Source: Promethearchaeia archaeon (GTDB lineage Archaea; Asgardarchaeota; Lokiarchaeia; Sigyniarchaeales; SOKP01). Taken from it: a DNA stretch of 64,000 nt. Shown here piece by piece: positions 1-9,606 of this stretch; position 1 is the stretch's first letter, and each line of letters begins with the position of its first letter. The notes under the pieces were generated by a model. The model saw only the letters and a list, made by a program, of their open reading frames with translations. It did not search any database and had not been told where the DNA came from. Location of the stretch: assembly GCA_029856145.1 (NCBI GenBank), contig JAHQWK010000020.1, forward strand, positions 84,120 to 148,119, in the 5' to 3' direction. The position numbers were made by a program, and so were the translations under genes.

Positions 1-82
1 CAATATTAATTTATTCTAGGTTATACAGAAAAAAAAGCTGTTCTTGCAATTTAATAATTAAATCTTAATGGAGATTCATTAA

Positions 83-1279
83 TTGAAAACCATCGTTGCT
101 TTGTCATATTTTCATCGTAAAATTGGTCCATTAGTCTTTTATTCTTATCCAAAAGATATGTTAGAAAGAGAATTATCACTTAAAATTGCAAACATTATGG
201 ATCAGCAATTTAGCGAAGGTTTTTTTACACATTCTTTTGAAAATTTAAAATCATTGAATTATTACTTCGAGATTCATTCAGATTGGGCTAGAGGAAATAA
301 AGAAATGTTGATGGTTTCAACAATTCTTGATCAGCAAATCTCTACTGAAGATGAAGAAAAAATCTCAATTTTATGTACAGAGTTTTCAGAACAATTACAA
401 TCAAATGAAGAGATTTATACTGCATTTTATATAAATGATGTAAATAATTTTGATGAAGAAGATCAGGAAAGCATAAGAAAAAACGAATCCTTAATAAAAG
501 CGTGGGTAGAGAATCTATATTGGTTTATTATAGAAGATACACGGGAAAAAACTGAAGAAGAGGAAATCGCAATCTTATTAAATGATAAACATATATTTAT
601 GACCTTAGAGAAGTTGTCCGAAGGTCCTATCTTATTAGAAGGGCTTAGAGAATGGTTCATTGAAAATTTTCCTGAAAAAAATTTTAATGAAATTATTGAA
701 ATATTAGATGAACGACAATTTATTTTTATTAATCAAATAGGCTTAGTAGAGAAATATGTACTTTTAGTAAAAGAAGTAAATGCTGAAAGAATACCACCAG
801 ATAGCATCATTGAATATATTGATGATAAACCAGAATTGATTGAATTGCTTCTCCCTAAAGTTCAAGAATATTTTAGTGAATATGAAAAGAAAACTAGGGA
901 AGACATAAAGGAAGATGCTTTCACATTATATCAAATTATGGCAGATCCAAAAAAGTATAGTGTTCTTTCAGAATTAAGAAATGGATTAATATCAAAAGAT
1001 AAATTACCAAAATTAGTATCGAAAAAATCTTTGGATTCATTAATGGAAAATATTGAATTCTTAAAGAAATTTGATGTAATTGAAGAATTAAATTATAATA
1101 GTGAAACTTATATTGTTTTAAAGACCAATTTGCAAATAACAACTGCATTTCCAGAATGGATGAGAAAATTATTACCAAAAGAATCTGAACCCGTGGTAGC
1201 AGATAAGTATAAAGCAAATAGAAATAAAAGTAAAAAAACTTCAAAAAATAAAAAAAGTAAAAATTCTAAAAAAAAGTAA
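83..1279 (+). CDS. Longin/u-DENN-like domain protein with C-terminal winged helices (NPRL2/folliculin-like)
   Basis: N-terminal 'ALSYFHRKIGPLVFYSYP' resembles the F-x-x-F-H-x3-G-P start of u-DENN/longin domains; two wHTH-like segments; Lys-rich tail; TTG start with GGAG upstream. Confidence 0.55.
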   Translation: MKTIVALSYFHRKIGPLVFYSYPKDMLERELSLKIANIMDQQFSEGFFTHSFENLKSLNYYFEIHSDWARGNKEMLMVSTILDQQISTEDEEKISILCTEFSEQLQSNEEIYTAFYINDVNNFDEEDQESIRKNESLIKAWVENLYWFIIEDTREKTEEEEIAILLNDKHIFMTLEKLSEGPILLEGLREWFIENFPEKNFNEIIEILDERQFIFINQIGLVEKYVLLVKEVNAERIPPDSIIEYIDDKPELIELLLPKVQEYFSEYEKKTREDIKEDAFTLYQIMADPKKYSVLSELRNGLISKDKLPKLVSKKSLDSLMENIEFLKKFDVIEELNYNSETYIVLKTNLQITTAFPEWMRKLLPKESEPVVADKYKANRNKSKKTSKNKKSKNSKKK

Positions 1280-1314
1280 CTCCCAGAAAATAGTCTTTTT
1301 AAGAACGAATAATA

Positions 1315-1566
1315 ATGCCTAAAAAAGAAGAAACTCATGAGGATTTAAAAAATCTTTTAGGTTATATGGGAATTGAAATACTGGTAGCAATTAATAATGG
1401 AGCTAAAAATTATGAAACAATAAAATTATTTTCTGGCTTACCAATTTCTTGTATAAACGGGAGAATACCAGTTTTACGTGACTTAGGTCTTATAAAACAA
1501 AATAACGATGAATATTTTTTAACAGAGAAAGGAATTCATTTTCGAAAAAGATTAGAAGTAGAATAA
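1315..1566 (+). CDS. Small winged-helix protein
   Basis: 'LRDLGLIKQNNDEYFLTEKG' is a typical wHTH wing ending. Confidence 0.7.
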   Translation: MPKKEETHEDLKNLLGYMGIEILVAINNGAKNYETIKLFSGLPISCINGRIPVLRDLGLIKQNNDEYFLTEKGIHFRKRLEVE

Positions 1567-1576
1567 TTTATAAAGT

Positions 1577-1653
1577 TTGACATCAGTTTGGGGCGACAAT
1601 GTCATCGCTACCGAGCAAGTAGCTAGCTTTGTCATAAGTTCATCATCTGTCAA
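1577..1653 (-). ncRNA. Box C/D guide sRNA
   Basis: Minus strand: TTGACA G ATGATGA (C box) ... GCGATGA (C') CATTGTCGCCCCAAA CTGA (D box) TGTCAA, with a 6-bp terminal stem and an internal GCTAC/GTAGC stem; GC-rich in an AT-rich intergenic gap. Confidence 0.85.
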
Positions 1654-1659
1654 TTGATA

Positions 1660-2145
1660 CTAATCTTCTTTACTATTTAATTCTTGATTATTAATCTCCT
1701 TTTTATAGTACTTTCTCATATAATATCCGGGTCGTTTTAAACCACCACATTCATCAATTATTTGCTTTAACCCTCCTTCTTGCGAAATGATGTTTTCATA
1801 TCTAATATAATCTTGTTGTGTAATTTCATTTCTTTCCATTAAGTAATCTAAAATATTAATTGCTTCTTCATTTTTTGTACACCTTCTTAAAAAGTCAATC
1901 ACTCCAGGATTAAATAATTCATTAGGATATAAATTATTAGATTCCTGAGGTTTTTCCTCATTTTCTTGCTCTACATCCATATCAATTGAATTCATTTTTA
2001 TTGATTTTTTTCTTGTTGAAATTTCTTCAATCAAATGAGGGAATTGCTTATTAAGTTCATCTTTATCATAAGATATTTTTAATCCGTTTGATTCTTCAAT
2101 TTCAACTTTTTTGAGATCTTTTCTATTTTTATTTTTTTTTTTCAT
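1660..2145 (-). CDS. DUF2095-family protein
   Basis: 'PGVIDFLRRCTKNEEAINILDYLMERNEIT...GYY' motif. Confidence 0.8.
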   Translation of the reverse strand: MKKKNKNRKDLKKVEIEESNGLKISYDKDELNKQFPHLIEEISTRKKSIKMNSIDMDVEQENEEKPQESNNLYPNELFNPGVIDFLRRCTKNEEAINILDYLMERNEITQQDYIRYENIISQEGGLKQIIDECGGLKRPGYYMRKYYKKEINNQELNSKED

Positions 2146-2320
2146 AATAATAATGATTTCTATTTATAGTTGAGTCTTTAAACGAATATTGGTTATACAA
2201 TTATTAATTTATATAATTATAGAACATCCAAAAATTTTTGCTCATAATAGAAAATAATAAAATTAATTAATTTCAGTAAATTTTTGAAGATATAATAAAA
2301 TAAAAGATTGTAGTGAGAAA

Positions 2321-2905
2321 TTGAAGTCTGGATATAGCTATGTAAAAGAGACTTTTGAGAAACATGAAAAAGGTTATAAAACACCTCATTGGTATCGTGG
2401 AATTGAATATCGAAAGGGTAGATCAATTCAAAGAGTTGAAAAACCAACTAATATTCATCGCGCAAGAACTTTAGGTTATAAAGCAAAACAAGGATATATA
2501 ATAGTTAGAGCTAGAATAAGAAAGGGAGGAATGCATAAAACTCGTCCAAAGCGAGGTAGAAAACCAAGAGCAATGGGTGTTTCTAAGTATACAACTGGAA
2601 AAAATCTTCAATGGATCGCTGAGGAACGTGTTCAAAGAAAGTATCCAAACATGCAGGTTCTTAACAGTTATAAAGTCTATTCTGATGGGAAACATTGGTA
2701 TTATGAAACAATTTTAGTTGATCCTAATCACCCTGTCATCAAGTCGGATCCCAAAATTAACTGGATAGTTCAACCACAACATACAAAAAGAGTAACTCGT
2801 GGTCTTACATCTGCGGGAAAAAGAGCTCGGGGATTAAATAAGAAAGGTTGGGGTTCAGAAAAAACTCGACCAAGCATTAGAGCTAATAAAGGTCGTGGAA
2901 AGTAG
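2321..2905 (+). CDS. rpl15e: 50S ribosomal protein eL15
   Basis: 'ARTLGYKAKQG', 'IAEERVQRKYPNMQVLNSY', 'RGLTSAGK'. Confidence 0.98.
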   Translation: MKSGYSYVKETFEKHEKGYKTPHWYRGIEYRKGRSIQRVEKPTNIHRARTLGYKAKQGYIIVRARIRKGGMHKTRPKRGRKPRAMGVSKYTTGKNLQWIAEERVQRKYPNMQVLNSYKVYSDGKHWYYETILVDPNHPVIKSDPKINWIVQPQHTKRVTRGLTSAGKRARGLNKKGWGSEKTRPSIRANKGRGK

Positions 2906-2959
2906 TAAGATTATATGATTTTATGAAATTAAAATAGAAATTTAATTTTTACTTATTCT

Positions 2960-3757
2960 CTACAATGTGTTTACTGAAATAGTCATCCCGCCATCTAAAA
3001 TCATGTTCTGGCCTGTTATATAATCTGAAGCAGGTGAAGCTAAAAATAAAGCGACATCAGCAACTTGTCTTGGTTCCCCAATTCTGTCTAATGGAAGTTT
3101 AACATTTCTTTTTTTCATAAATTCTCGAATAAATTCAGGATTACCCTTGTACATAGGTGTTAAAAATAAACCTGGACAAATTCCATTCACTGTAATATTA
3201 GTGGCCCCGAGTTCCAGAGCCCAAAGCTTCGTAAAACTAATAAGCGCTGCTTTACTTACACTATATATTCCTATATATGGATTAGCTCCGCATTCTGTAC
3301 CTGCACATGAGGCAATATTAATAATTTTTCCTGCTATAGGTTTGAAATCTTGTTTACTCATTTTTCTATAGAATGATTTTGTTACATTCCAAGCACCTTT
3401 AACATTTACATCCATGACTTTATCATAATCTTCTTCTTTTGCAACAAGTGAAAATGTACCTACTCTGACACCTGCATTATTCACCAATATAAACACATTA
3501 TCAAACTTTTCAAAAACTTCTTTTCTCATTTCTTTAACTTGATTGACATCAGATATATCTGCTTGAGCTAATAAAATATCCACATTATATTTATTCAAAA
3601 TGATTTCGCGAGTTTTTTCGATACTTTCAAGATTTATATCATTTAATACTAAACTAGCACCTTTACTTGCATAAGCAATTGCCATTTCACGACCAAATCC
3701 ACTTCCTGCCCCTGTAACAAGGGCTACTTTTCCTTCTAAAAAGTTTTTATTCATCAT
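2960..3757 (-). CDS. SDR family oxidoreductase
   Basis: TGAGSGFG, NNAG and YSVSK motifs. Confidence 0.95.
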   Translation of the reverse strand: MMNKNFLEGKVALVTGAGSGFGREMAIAYASKGASLVLNDINLESIEKTREIILNKYNVDILLAQADISDVNQVKEMRKEVFEKFDNVFILVNNAGVRVGTFSLVAKEEDYDKVMDVNVKGAWNVTKSFYRKMSKQDFKPIAGKIINIASCAGTECGANPYIGIYSVSKAALISFTKLWALELGATNITVNGICPGLFLTPMYKGNPEFIREFMKKRNVKLPLDRIGEPRQVADVALFLASPASDYITGQNMILDGGMTISVNTL

Positions 3758-3796
3758 ATTTTTCTCTTAAATTAATTAAATTATAAAAAGAATTAC

Positions 3797-5530
3797 CTAT
3801 TTTCCAAATAAACCCTTATTTTTTTTATAAAGACCAAGTAATTTCATTGCGGGGGGTGTTTCAAAAGCAATATCTACATCAATGACTGCTGGTTTTTTTG
3901 AATCAATGGCACGTTGCAATGCTGTTTTTATTTCTTCGGGGTTACTTATCTTCTCTCCATGGCATCCAAAACCTCGAGCAATTTCTGCATAATCTATTGG
4001 TGGAAAATCTACATCATAGTATCTTTTATCCAAATTAAGTTTTTGATTTGATTTTATCATACCCCACGCGCAATTATTACCGATTATAATAATTATAGGA
4101 AGATTTAACCTTACTGCTGTTTCCAATTCTTGTACATTAAACATAAAGCTACCATCTCCAGTAATACATACGACTAATTTATCTGGTTTAGCCATTTGTG
4201 CGCCAATAGCATATGGAATCCCAATACCTAAATGACCCATTGAAACAGAGCGAAAAAAACTTCTTGGGGGGCGCGGTTTAAGACTTATTAAATCCAATGA
4301 AAAAACAAAAATATCTCCCCCATCGATGACTAGTTGTGTATCATCTGGTATGAAATCTAGAACTTCATATATAAGTCTGTGAGGTTTCATGGGTAATTTA
4401 TTAGATTTTAACATTTTTTCTATCTGTTGTTTATCACTTTTCCTTACATCTTGCAAATATTCATTCCATTGAGACCATTCAGTAACTTTTTCTTTAGGAA
4501 GATTCTTTTCCATTTCTTCTAATAGTTGATTAATGACAGCTTTGGCATCTCCAACAATTGCAACGTTCACTGGTCTATTTTTACCAATTTCTGTCGGGTC
4601 TATATCAACTTGGATAATTTTTTGATCTTGATTCCAAAGAGGGGAAGCTCCATAAATAATTGTATGGTCCCATTTACACCCAAGAGAGAGGACTACATTT
4701 GCTTCAATAGCAGCTCTTCTATATGCCATTGCAGTCAATTTTCCTCCTACAAATGTTTTATCTGTTGTAACTGCTCCTATCCCGCTTAAAGTTGTTCCAA
4801 CAGGAATATTGTAGGTTTCTGATAGCTTATTTACCTCATTAAAAGCTTCTGAAGCTATGACACCGCCACCAGCTACAATTAAAGGTTTATTAACAGTCTT
4901 TAAAAGCTCTACTGCCTTAATTATACAGTCTATATTTCCAGCAGGTCTATATAATGGACGATAATGTTCTGGATCTAAAACTTTTTTAAAATCCTCCTCC
5001 GTAGCTTCTCTAACTAATGCTGTTTCCCTTAATTCGAGAAATACAGGCCCCCTTCTTCCAGTCAACGCAGTTTTTATACATCTTTGAACGGCATGTGGTA
5101 TTTCATATGGATCTTCTACTGAAACTTGTAATTTTGTAATAGGTTTCATTAAACTCATTTGGTCTAAATCACCTTGCAATATTCCGATATTATCAAACAT
5201 TCTAGCGATTTGAGAACCAATTACCAACATTGGTATCGAATCTGCATTTGCTGCAGCAACAGCGGGGATCAGATGAGTGACTCCAGGACCTGCTGTCCCA
5301 AAACAAACCCCTATTTCTCCAGTTGCTCTTGCCCATGCGTCTGCCATATGTGCTCCAGCTTGTTCGTGCCGTACCATTACAGTGTCAATACCTTCTTCAC
5401 GACCCCAGCGCCCAATAGCATCATAAATCTTTAGTAATTCTCCACCAACAAGACCAAAAATTTTAGTAATGCCTTCTTTTATTAGGCATTTAACTAGTAA
5501 ATCGCCACCATTTAACATTTGATTTGACAT
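3797..5530 (-). CDS. Thiamine pyrophosphate-dependent enzyme (acetolactate synthase/2-hydroxyacyl-CoA lyase-like)
   Basis: 'VRHEQAGAHMAD', 'TAGPG', TPP motif 'GDGS...NN'. Confidence 0.92.
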   Translation of the reverse strand: MSNQMLNGGDLLVKCLIKEGITKIFGLVGGELLKIYDAIGRWGREEGIDTVMVRHEQAGAHMADAWARATGEIGVCFGTAGPGVTHLIPAVAAANADSIPMLVIGSQIARMFDNIGILQGDLDQMSLMKPITKLQVSVEDPYEIPHAVQRCIKTALTGRRGPVFLELRETALVREATEEDFKKVLDPEHYRPLYRPAGNIDCIIKAVELLKTVNKPLIVAGGGVIASEAFNEVNKLSETYNIPVGTTLSGIGAVTTDKTFVGGKLTAMAYRRAAIEANVVLSLGCKWDHTIIYGASPLWNQDQKIIQVDIDPTEIGKNRPVNVAIVGDAKAVINQLLEEMEKNLPKEKVTEWSQWNEYLQDVRKSDKQQIEKMLKSNKLPMKPHRLIYEVLDFIPDDTQLVIDGGDIFVFSLDLISLKPRPPRSFFRSVSMGHLGIGIPYAIGAQMAKPDKLVVCITGDGSFMFNVQELETAVRLNLPIIIIIGNNCAWGMIKSNQKLNLDKRYYDVDFPPIDYAEIARGFGCHGEKISNPEEIKTALQRAIDSKKPAVIDVDIAFETPPAMKLLGLYKKNKGLFGK

Positions 5531-5596
5531 ATTTAGACCTATTACAAATAAAAAATAAAGTTTATGATAAAAAGAGATTCAACAAATATGTACAAA

Positions 5597-6040
5597 TTAG
5601 AGGGCAATCAATTCGAGATAATAACCTAAAATATCTTTTGTGTCTAAATAGAAAAATTCAACTCTTCCAACTTTTCCTGATTGAATCACATCTATATTAT
5701 ATACATTCTTAAAATGATTAATTTTTGTCTCAGTATTTTTGGTATATACGCCTAAATGATGTAAGCCTATATTTCCTTCTTTAAGAAATTCAGAATATAA
5801 ATGATCACCAGTAGATTCTAATAATTCAATAATTTCAAACTGTTTACCACTAAAATTTAGCATTATTTTTTTCATTTTAAATTCCACTTCTTTTCCTTTA
5901 TAAGTTACAGTGCTAGTTTGTTCAATAACCTTGATTTTTCCATTAAGATCCAGTAAAACATTATACAATGATGCTGCTTTTTCAATATCTTTAACTAAGA
6001 TTCCAATTTGATCAAATTTTGATAATTTTAGTTTTAACAT
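5597..6040 (-). CDS. VOC/glyoxalase family protein (methylmalonyl-CoA epimerase-like)
   Basis: 'DQIGILVKD', 'EIIE', 'GLHHLG', 'LELI'. Confidence 0.85.
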   Translation of the reverse strand: MLKLKLSKFDQIGILVKDIEKAASLYNVLLDLNGKIKVIEQTSTVTYKGKEVEFKMKKIMLNFSGKQFEIIELLESTGDHLYSEFLKEGNIGLHHLGVYTKNTETKINHFKNVYNIDVIQSGKVGRVEFFYLDTKDILGYYLELIAL

Positions 6041-6057
6041 AATTGCTAAATTAATTT

Positions 6058-7347
6058 TTATTTTACTTCTTTTGCAAACTGTAATTTAGAAATTGGTTTT
6101 TTTAAGGGAAATTCCCCTTTTAAGATCATTGATTTCAATTGTTCAGCTAATTTTATTGCTCCATATCTATCTGATTGTCTTAAAACAATTGGGATATCTT
6201 TGCCTTCGAATTCAATTGTTTTTAAATCTAATTCAAAAGCTTCTGGACATAAATGAGTACAATTGCCACAATTAAAACAGCGGGAACGATCTATAGCAGA
6301 GATCATACCCTCTTTTATAATAAACGCATTAGTAGGACATTTATCAATAGCTTTGCACTCTTCACAATTTTTACAGGCATCTGGATTAAACCTCATAAAA
6401 AAATTATTTTTCCAAACATCGCCATAAGTGATTTCTCCTACTTTTTCACGTCCTACGAGACTTAAAATTGTTAATTTAACTAATTTATCAGATTTTATTA
6501 TATTATTGAAGATATTCTCATTTAATATAGGAATAGGGAGGGCTAAGCTACAAATAGGCTCCAATCCATAAGAAGTTTTGAATGCACCCATGTATTCTGG
6601 TTTCATTCCTTTAAATGGAGCGATAGTCATCATATTAGGTTTTTCTATATAATTACGAGTTCCAGGACCCATGAGATGTCCTATATTTCCGTTTACAAGA
6701 ACAGGAGAACCAACACCAAACGATTCAAATTCAGGATCATTTTGAAAGGGATTAAGTGCTCCACATCCAGAAAAAGTAATTTCTGTTTTATTAGGTGAAA
6801 AAGGAAGACAAGAGAAAATTGTGTTAACATTATAAGTTTCGCAATTTATCATAGCATTGTAATTCTTTATAGCTTGTCTAGTTCCTGCTAATTTGGCAAA
6901 TTGCATATCTTCTAAATCCATTACTTTTTCGATGGTTTCACCTTCAGCACTCTTAGCTAAGATTTCTATAGGTTTTCCTTCAGCAATTTCTCTAAATAAA
7001 GAACCACCACAATAATTGTCTTTCGTACGACTTTGAGTAGTTCCATAGATAATTAGATCCACTATACCTAAATATTCATTTGGACAAGGTCCAGGAAAAG
7101 CAGGTATTCCATTAATATCAACTTCAGTAAATTTTCTCAAAGTTTTCGGTGGTGAGAGTCGAAAAGAGAAAATCCCCATAATTCCGCTCATAAGCCCTTT
7201 TGTTGCTGTTGTAACGATATCAACATCTTCAAATTTAACTTTCTTACCTTCACTTATTTGATCTATTAATTCTTGAACGGTTAATACCACAGCGGACCCA
7301 TTTTCAACCTTCTTTCTGATTTCTGAAAGCTTTCTTTTTTTGGCCAC
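6058..7347 (-). CDS. Methanogenesis marker 16-like metalloprotein (DUF39/homocysteine-biosynthesis-related, C-terminal 2x[4Fe-4S])
   Basis: 'VDIVTTATKGLMSG', 'GPCPNEYLG', 'SGCGALNP', two ferredoxin Cys motifs. Confidence 0.8.
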   Translation of the reverse strand: MAKKRKLSEIRKKVENGSAVVLTVQELIDQISEGKKVKFEDVDIVTTATKGLMSGIMGIFSFRLSPPKTLRKFTEVDINGIPAFPGPCPNEYLGIVDLIIYGTTQSRTKDNYCGGSLFREIAEGKPIEILAKSAEGETIEKVMDLEDMQFAKLAGTRQAIKNYNAMINCETYNVNTIFSCLPFSPNKTEITFSGCGALNPFQNDPEFESFGVGSPVLVNGNIGHLMGPGTRNYIEKPNMMTIAPFKGMKPEYMGAFKTSYGLEPICSLALPIPILNENIFNNIIKSDKLVKLTILSLVGREKVGEITYGDVWKNNFFMRFNPDACKNCEECKAIDKCPTNAFIIKEGMISAIDRSRCFNCGNCTHLCPEAFELDLKTIEFEGKDIPIVLRQSDRYGAIKLAEQLKSMILKGEFPLKKPISKLQFAKEVK

Positions 7348-7466
7348 TAGAAATCCTCACATAAATTCAAAAGCTAACATTTTAAATATTTATTTATAAT
7401 AAAATTTTTTTATTTTTATAATTCTTAAGATAATTATAGAGAGTTTAGCAGTTTTTTGAGGTTATA

Positions 7467-8192
7467 TTGTTTTTGTCATATTTTGAATCAAGACTACCAG
7501 CAGATTTCGATAATTTTACAGAAATGCTTAAAAAATTAGAATTTTGTGAAAAGCTAGGGATTAAAAATGTTATTTTGGAGCCTATAAATAAATTAAAAGT
7601 AATACCATTAGAAATAAAAAAGAAAATAAAAAGCAATACAACACTAAACGTATTTTTTCGAATTAATTTAAGATTAAATAATCTTGAGGATTTCAAAAAA
7701 AGAATTAAACAATATAACAATTGTTCTGACATCCTTTCAATTGAGTCCTTAAATAAAGAAGTTCAATTACAAGCAGCAAGAGATTCAAGGGTTGATATTA
7801 TCTCTTTTTCTAATCTGCAGATAATTAAAACACTTACTCCCGGAGTAATCTCACTCACTAAACAAAATAATTCATTTTTGGAATTTTCGTTAGCTTCAAT
7901 CATGATAACAAACAAGGCAAACCAATCAAAAAATTTTAGAAATCTATATAGATTTATCCAGTTAGCTTTAAAATATAAAGCAAATTGTATCATTAGCGGA
8001 AATTTTGATGATTTGTATGATCTTAGACACCCTAGAGCCTTAATAAGCATTTGCAATTCTCTTTTAGGAATTTCTTTAGATAGAGCAAAGAAAATCTTTA
8101 TAGTAAATCCAATTTTATTGTTGGAGAGAACTGAAAAACATCATAGTAATAAACTTGAACCAGAAGTTAGATTAATTAAAGGTGGGGATTAA
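7467..8192 (+). CDS. rnp3: RNase P protein subunit Rpp30
   Basis: 'AARDSRVDIIS', 'YDLRHPRAL'; adjacent to Pop5. Confidence 0.88.
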   Translation: MFLSYFESRLPADFDNFTEMLKKLEFCEKLGIKNVILEPINKLKVIPLEIKKKIKSNTTLNVFFRINLRLNNLEDFKKRIKQYNNCSDILSIESLNKEVQLQAARDSRVDIISFSNLQIIKTLTPGVISLTKQNNSFLEFSLASIMITNKANQSKNFRNLYRFIQLALKYKANCIISGNFDDLYDLRHPRALISICNSLLGISLDRAKKIFIVNPILLLERTEKHHSNKLEPEVRLIKGGD

Positions 8193-8194
8193 TA

Positions 8195-8527
8195 ATAGGT
8201 CGAAAAGAAAGGCAGAGATATATTTCCTTTAAAATAATTAAAGAAAATAAAATAGATATCACTCAAAATTCACTTTTAAAATCAATTTGGCAATCGATCT
8301 GGAGATATTTTGGATTGAAAGAAGCAAATAAAATTGGATTATGGTTAATAGAACTTAATTTGGATGAAGAATATGGAATTATAAGATGTTCTCACCAGAC
8401 TAAAGAAACAATAATTTCTGCTTTAAGCCTTGTAAAAGAAATTAATGGAATAAAAGTCATTCTATCACCATTTAAAACTTCAGGAACTATTCTATCACTA
8501 AAAAAAAGAATTAATAAAGAAAAATAG
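8195..8527 (+). CDS. rnp2: RNase P protein subunit Pop5/Rpp14 (start extended to an ATA codon)
   Basis: The frame upstream of the TTG at 8315 reads IGRKERQRYISFKII...YFG (Pop5 N-terminal R-x-RY motif); 'GIIRCSH', 'TSGTI'; in-frame stop at 8177-8179. Confidence 0.85.
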   Translation: MGRKERQRYISFKIIKENKIDITQNSLLKSIWQSIWRYFGLKEANKIGLWLIELNLDEEYGIIRCSHQTKETIISALSLVKEINGIKVILSPFKTSGTILSLKKRINKEK

Positions 8528-8553
8528 ATTTAGATTAAAAAATTATTTTTTAA

Positions 8554-8994
8554 TTGAAAATGAAGGTATACAATTTAACAAAAGCCCATATTCAGCATAT
8601 TGATGATATCTCCAGAACTACATTAAAACTTTCATTATTAAACATAAAAAATCTAGAGAATAATCCATTTCTTTTAATAGTTCAATCAATTATTGAGAAC
8701 TCTATAAAAGTCTCAATTTATCCACTAAAAAAAGAGAAAATCATAAAGGTGACATTCTCAACATTAAACTTTTCTAATGAGGTTTTTGATAGAATTTCCA
8801 ATATCTTTCAAAATTATCAGGTTATTCATACATCCGGATTTTTACTTATTGAAAAACAACTTTATTATGAGTGTTATTTGAATTTAAATTTAGATGAAAC
8901 AAAAGCTATGGGTTTAGATGCTTCTTTAAATAAGATTAAAAATATATTTAAACAAATAAAAATAGAAGAAATTGGACTGAAAAAACATATATAA
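8554..8994 (+). CDS. Hypothetical protein
   Basis: 146-aa ORF in a co-oriented run. Confidence 0.6.
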   Translation: MKMKVYNLTKAHIQHIDDISRTTLKLSLLNIKNLENNPFLLIVQSIIENSIKVSIYPLKKEKIIKVTFSTLNFSNEVFDRISNIFQNYQVIHTSGFLLIEKQLYYECYLNLNLDETKAMGLDASLNKIKNIFKQIKIEEIGLKKHI

Positions 8995-8998
8995 AACT

Positions 8999-9451
8999 AT
9001 GATGAATATTTGGAGAGTCTTTTTGAAATTATCAGACGGAGAAGATAAAGAGCTTGAATTATTTGATGCTAAAGGATATTTTGGAGGGTACTTGAAGATT
9101 AAAAGAAGTTATTTTAATGCTCTAGTTAAAACAATTAAAATGACTAAAAAATATCATACTCAAAAAACAATTGAAAAGGTAGTTGGACCTGATGATGATG
9201 ATTGGACACAAAATCCTTGGATGCTTATAATAGTAAAAGATAATGAAAAAAAAAACCCTTTTTGGTTTTTCATTAAAAGAGAAAAAGATTTATCTGGTAT
9301 CCTTGTTGCTATAGGCCCTAAACCATTCGCTGAATATAATAGTAATAATTCACTAGACGCTAAACGAGAGATTAAACGTCTGATGAATTATATTATAGTT
9401 TATTTAAATAAATTTAATTGTGTTGTCATGCTTCCTAGTTTTCTTCACTGA
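8999..9451 (+). CDS. Hypothetical protein
   Basis: 150-aa ORF with protein-like composition, 4-nt gap from the previous gene. Confidence 0.7.
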   Translation: MMNIWRVFLKLSDGEDKELELFDAKGYFGGYLKIKRSYFNALVKTIKMTKKYHTQKTIEKVVGPDDDDWTQNPWMLIIVKDNEKKNPFWFFIKREKDLSGILVAIGPKPFAEYNSNNSLDAKREIKRLMNYIIVYLNKFNCVVMLPSFLH

Positions 9452-9606
9452 ATGGAAGATATTTCAATTAATTTTTAATACTAAAGTTGATGTCGAATTT
9501 TTAGTAAAACATAAAATTTATACGAAAAATATTAAATTCAATTTTAATTATCAATTTTTATATTTAGCATTACAGAAAATAGAAGTATTTAAAAATAAAT
9601 GGCTTT

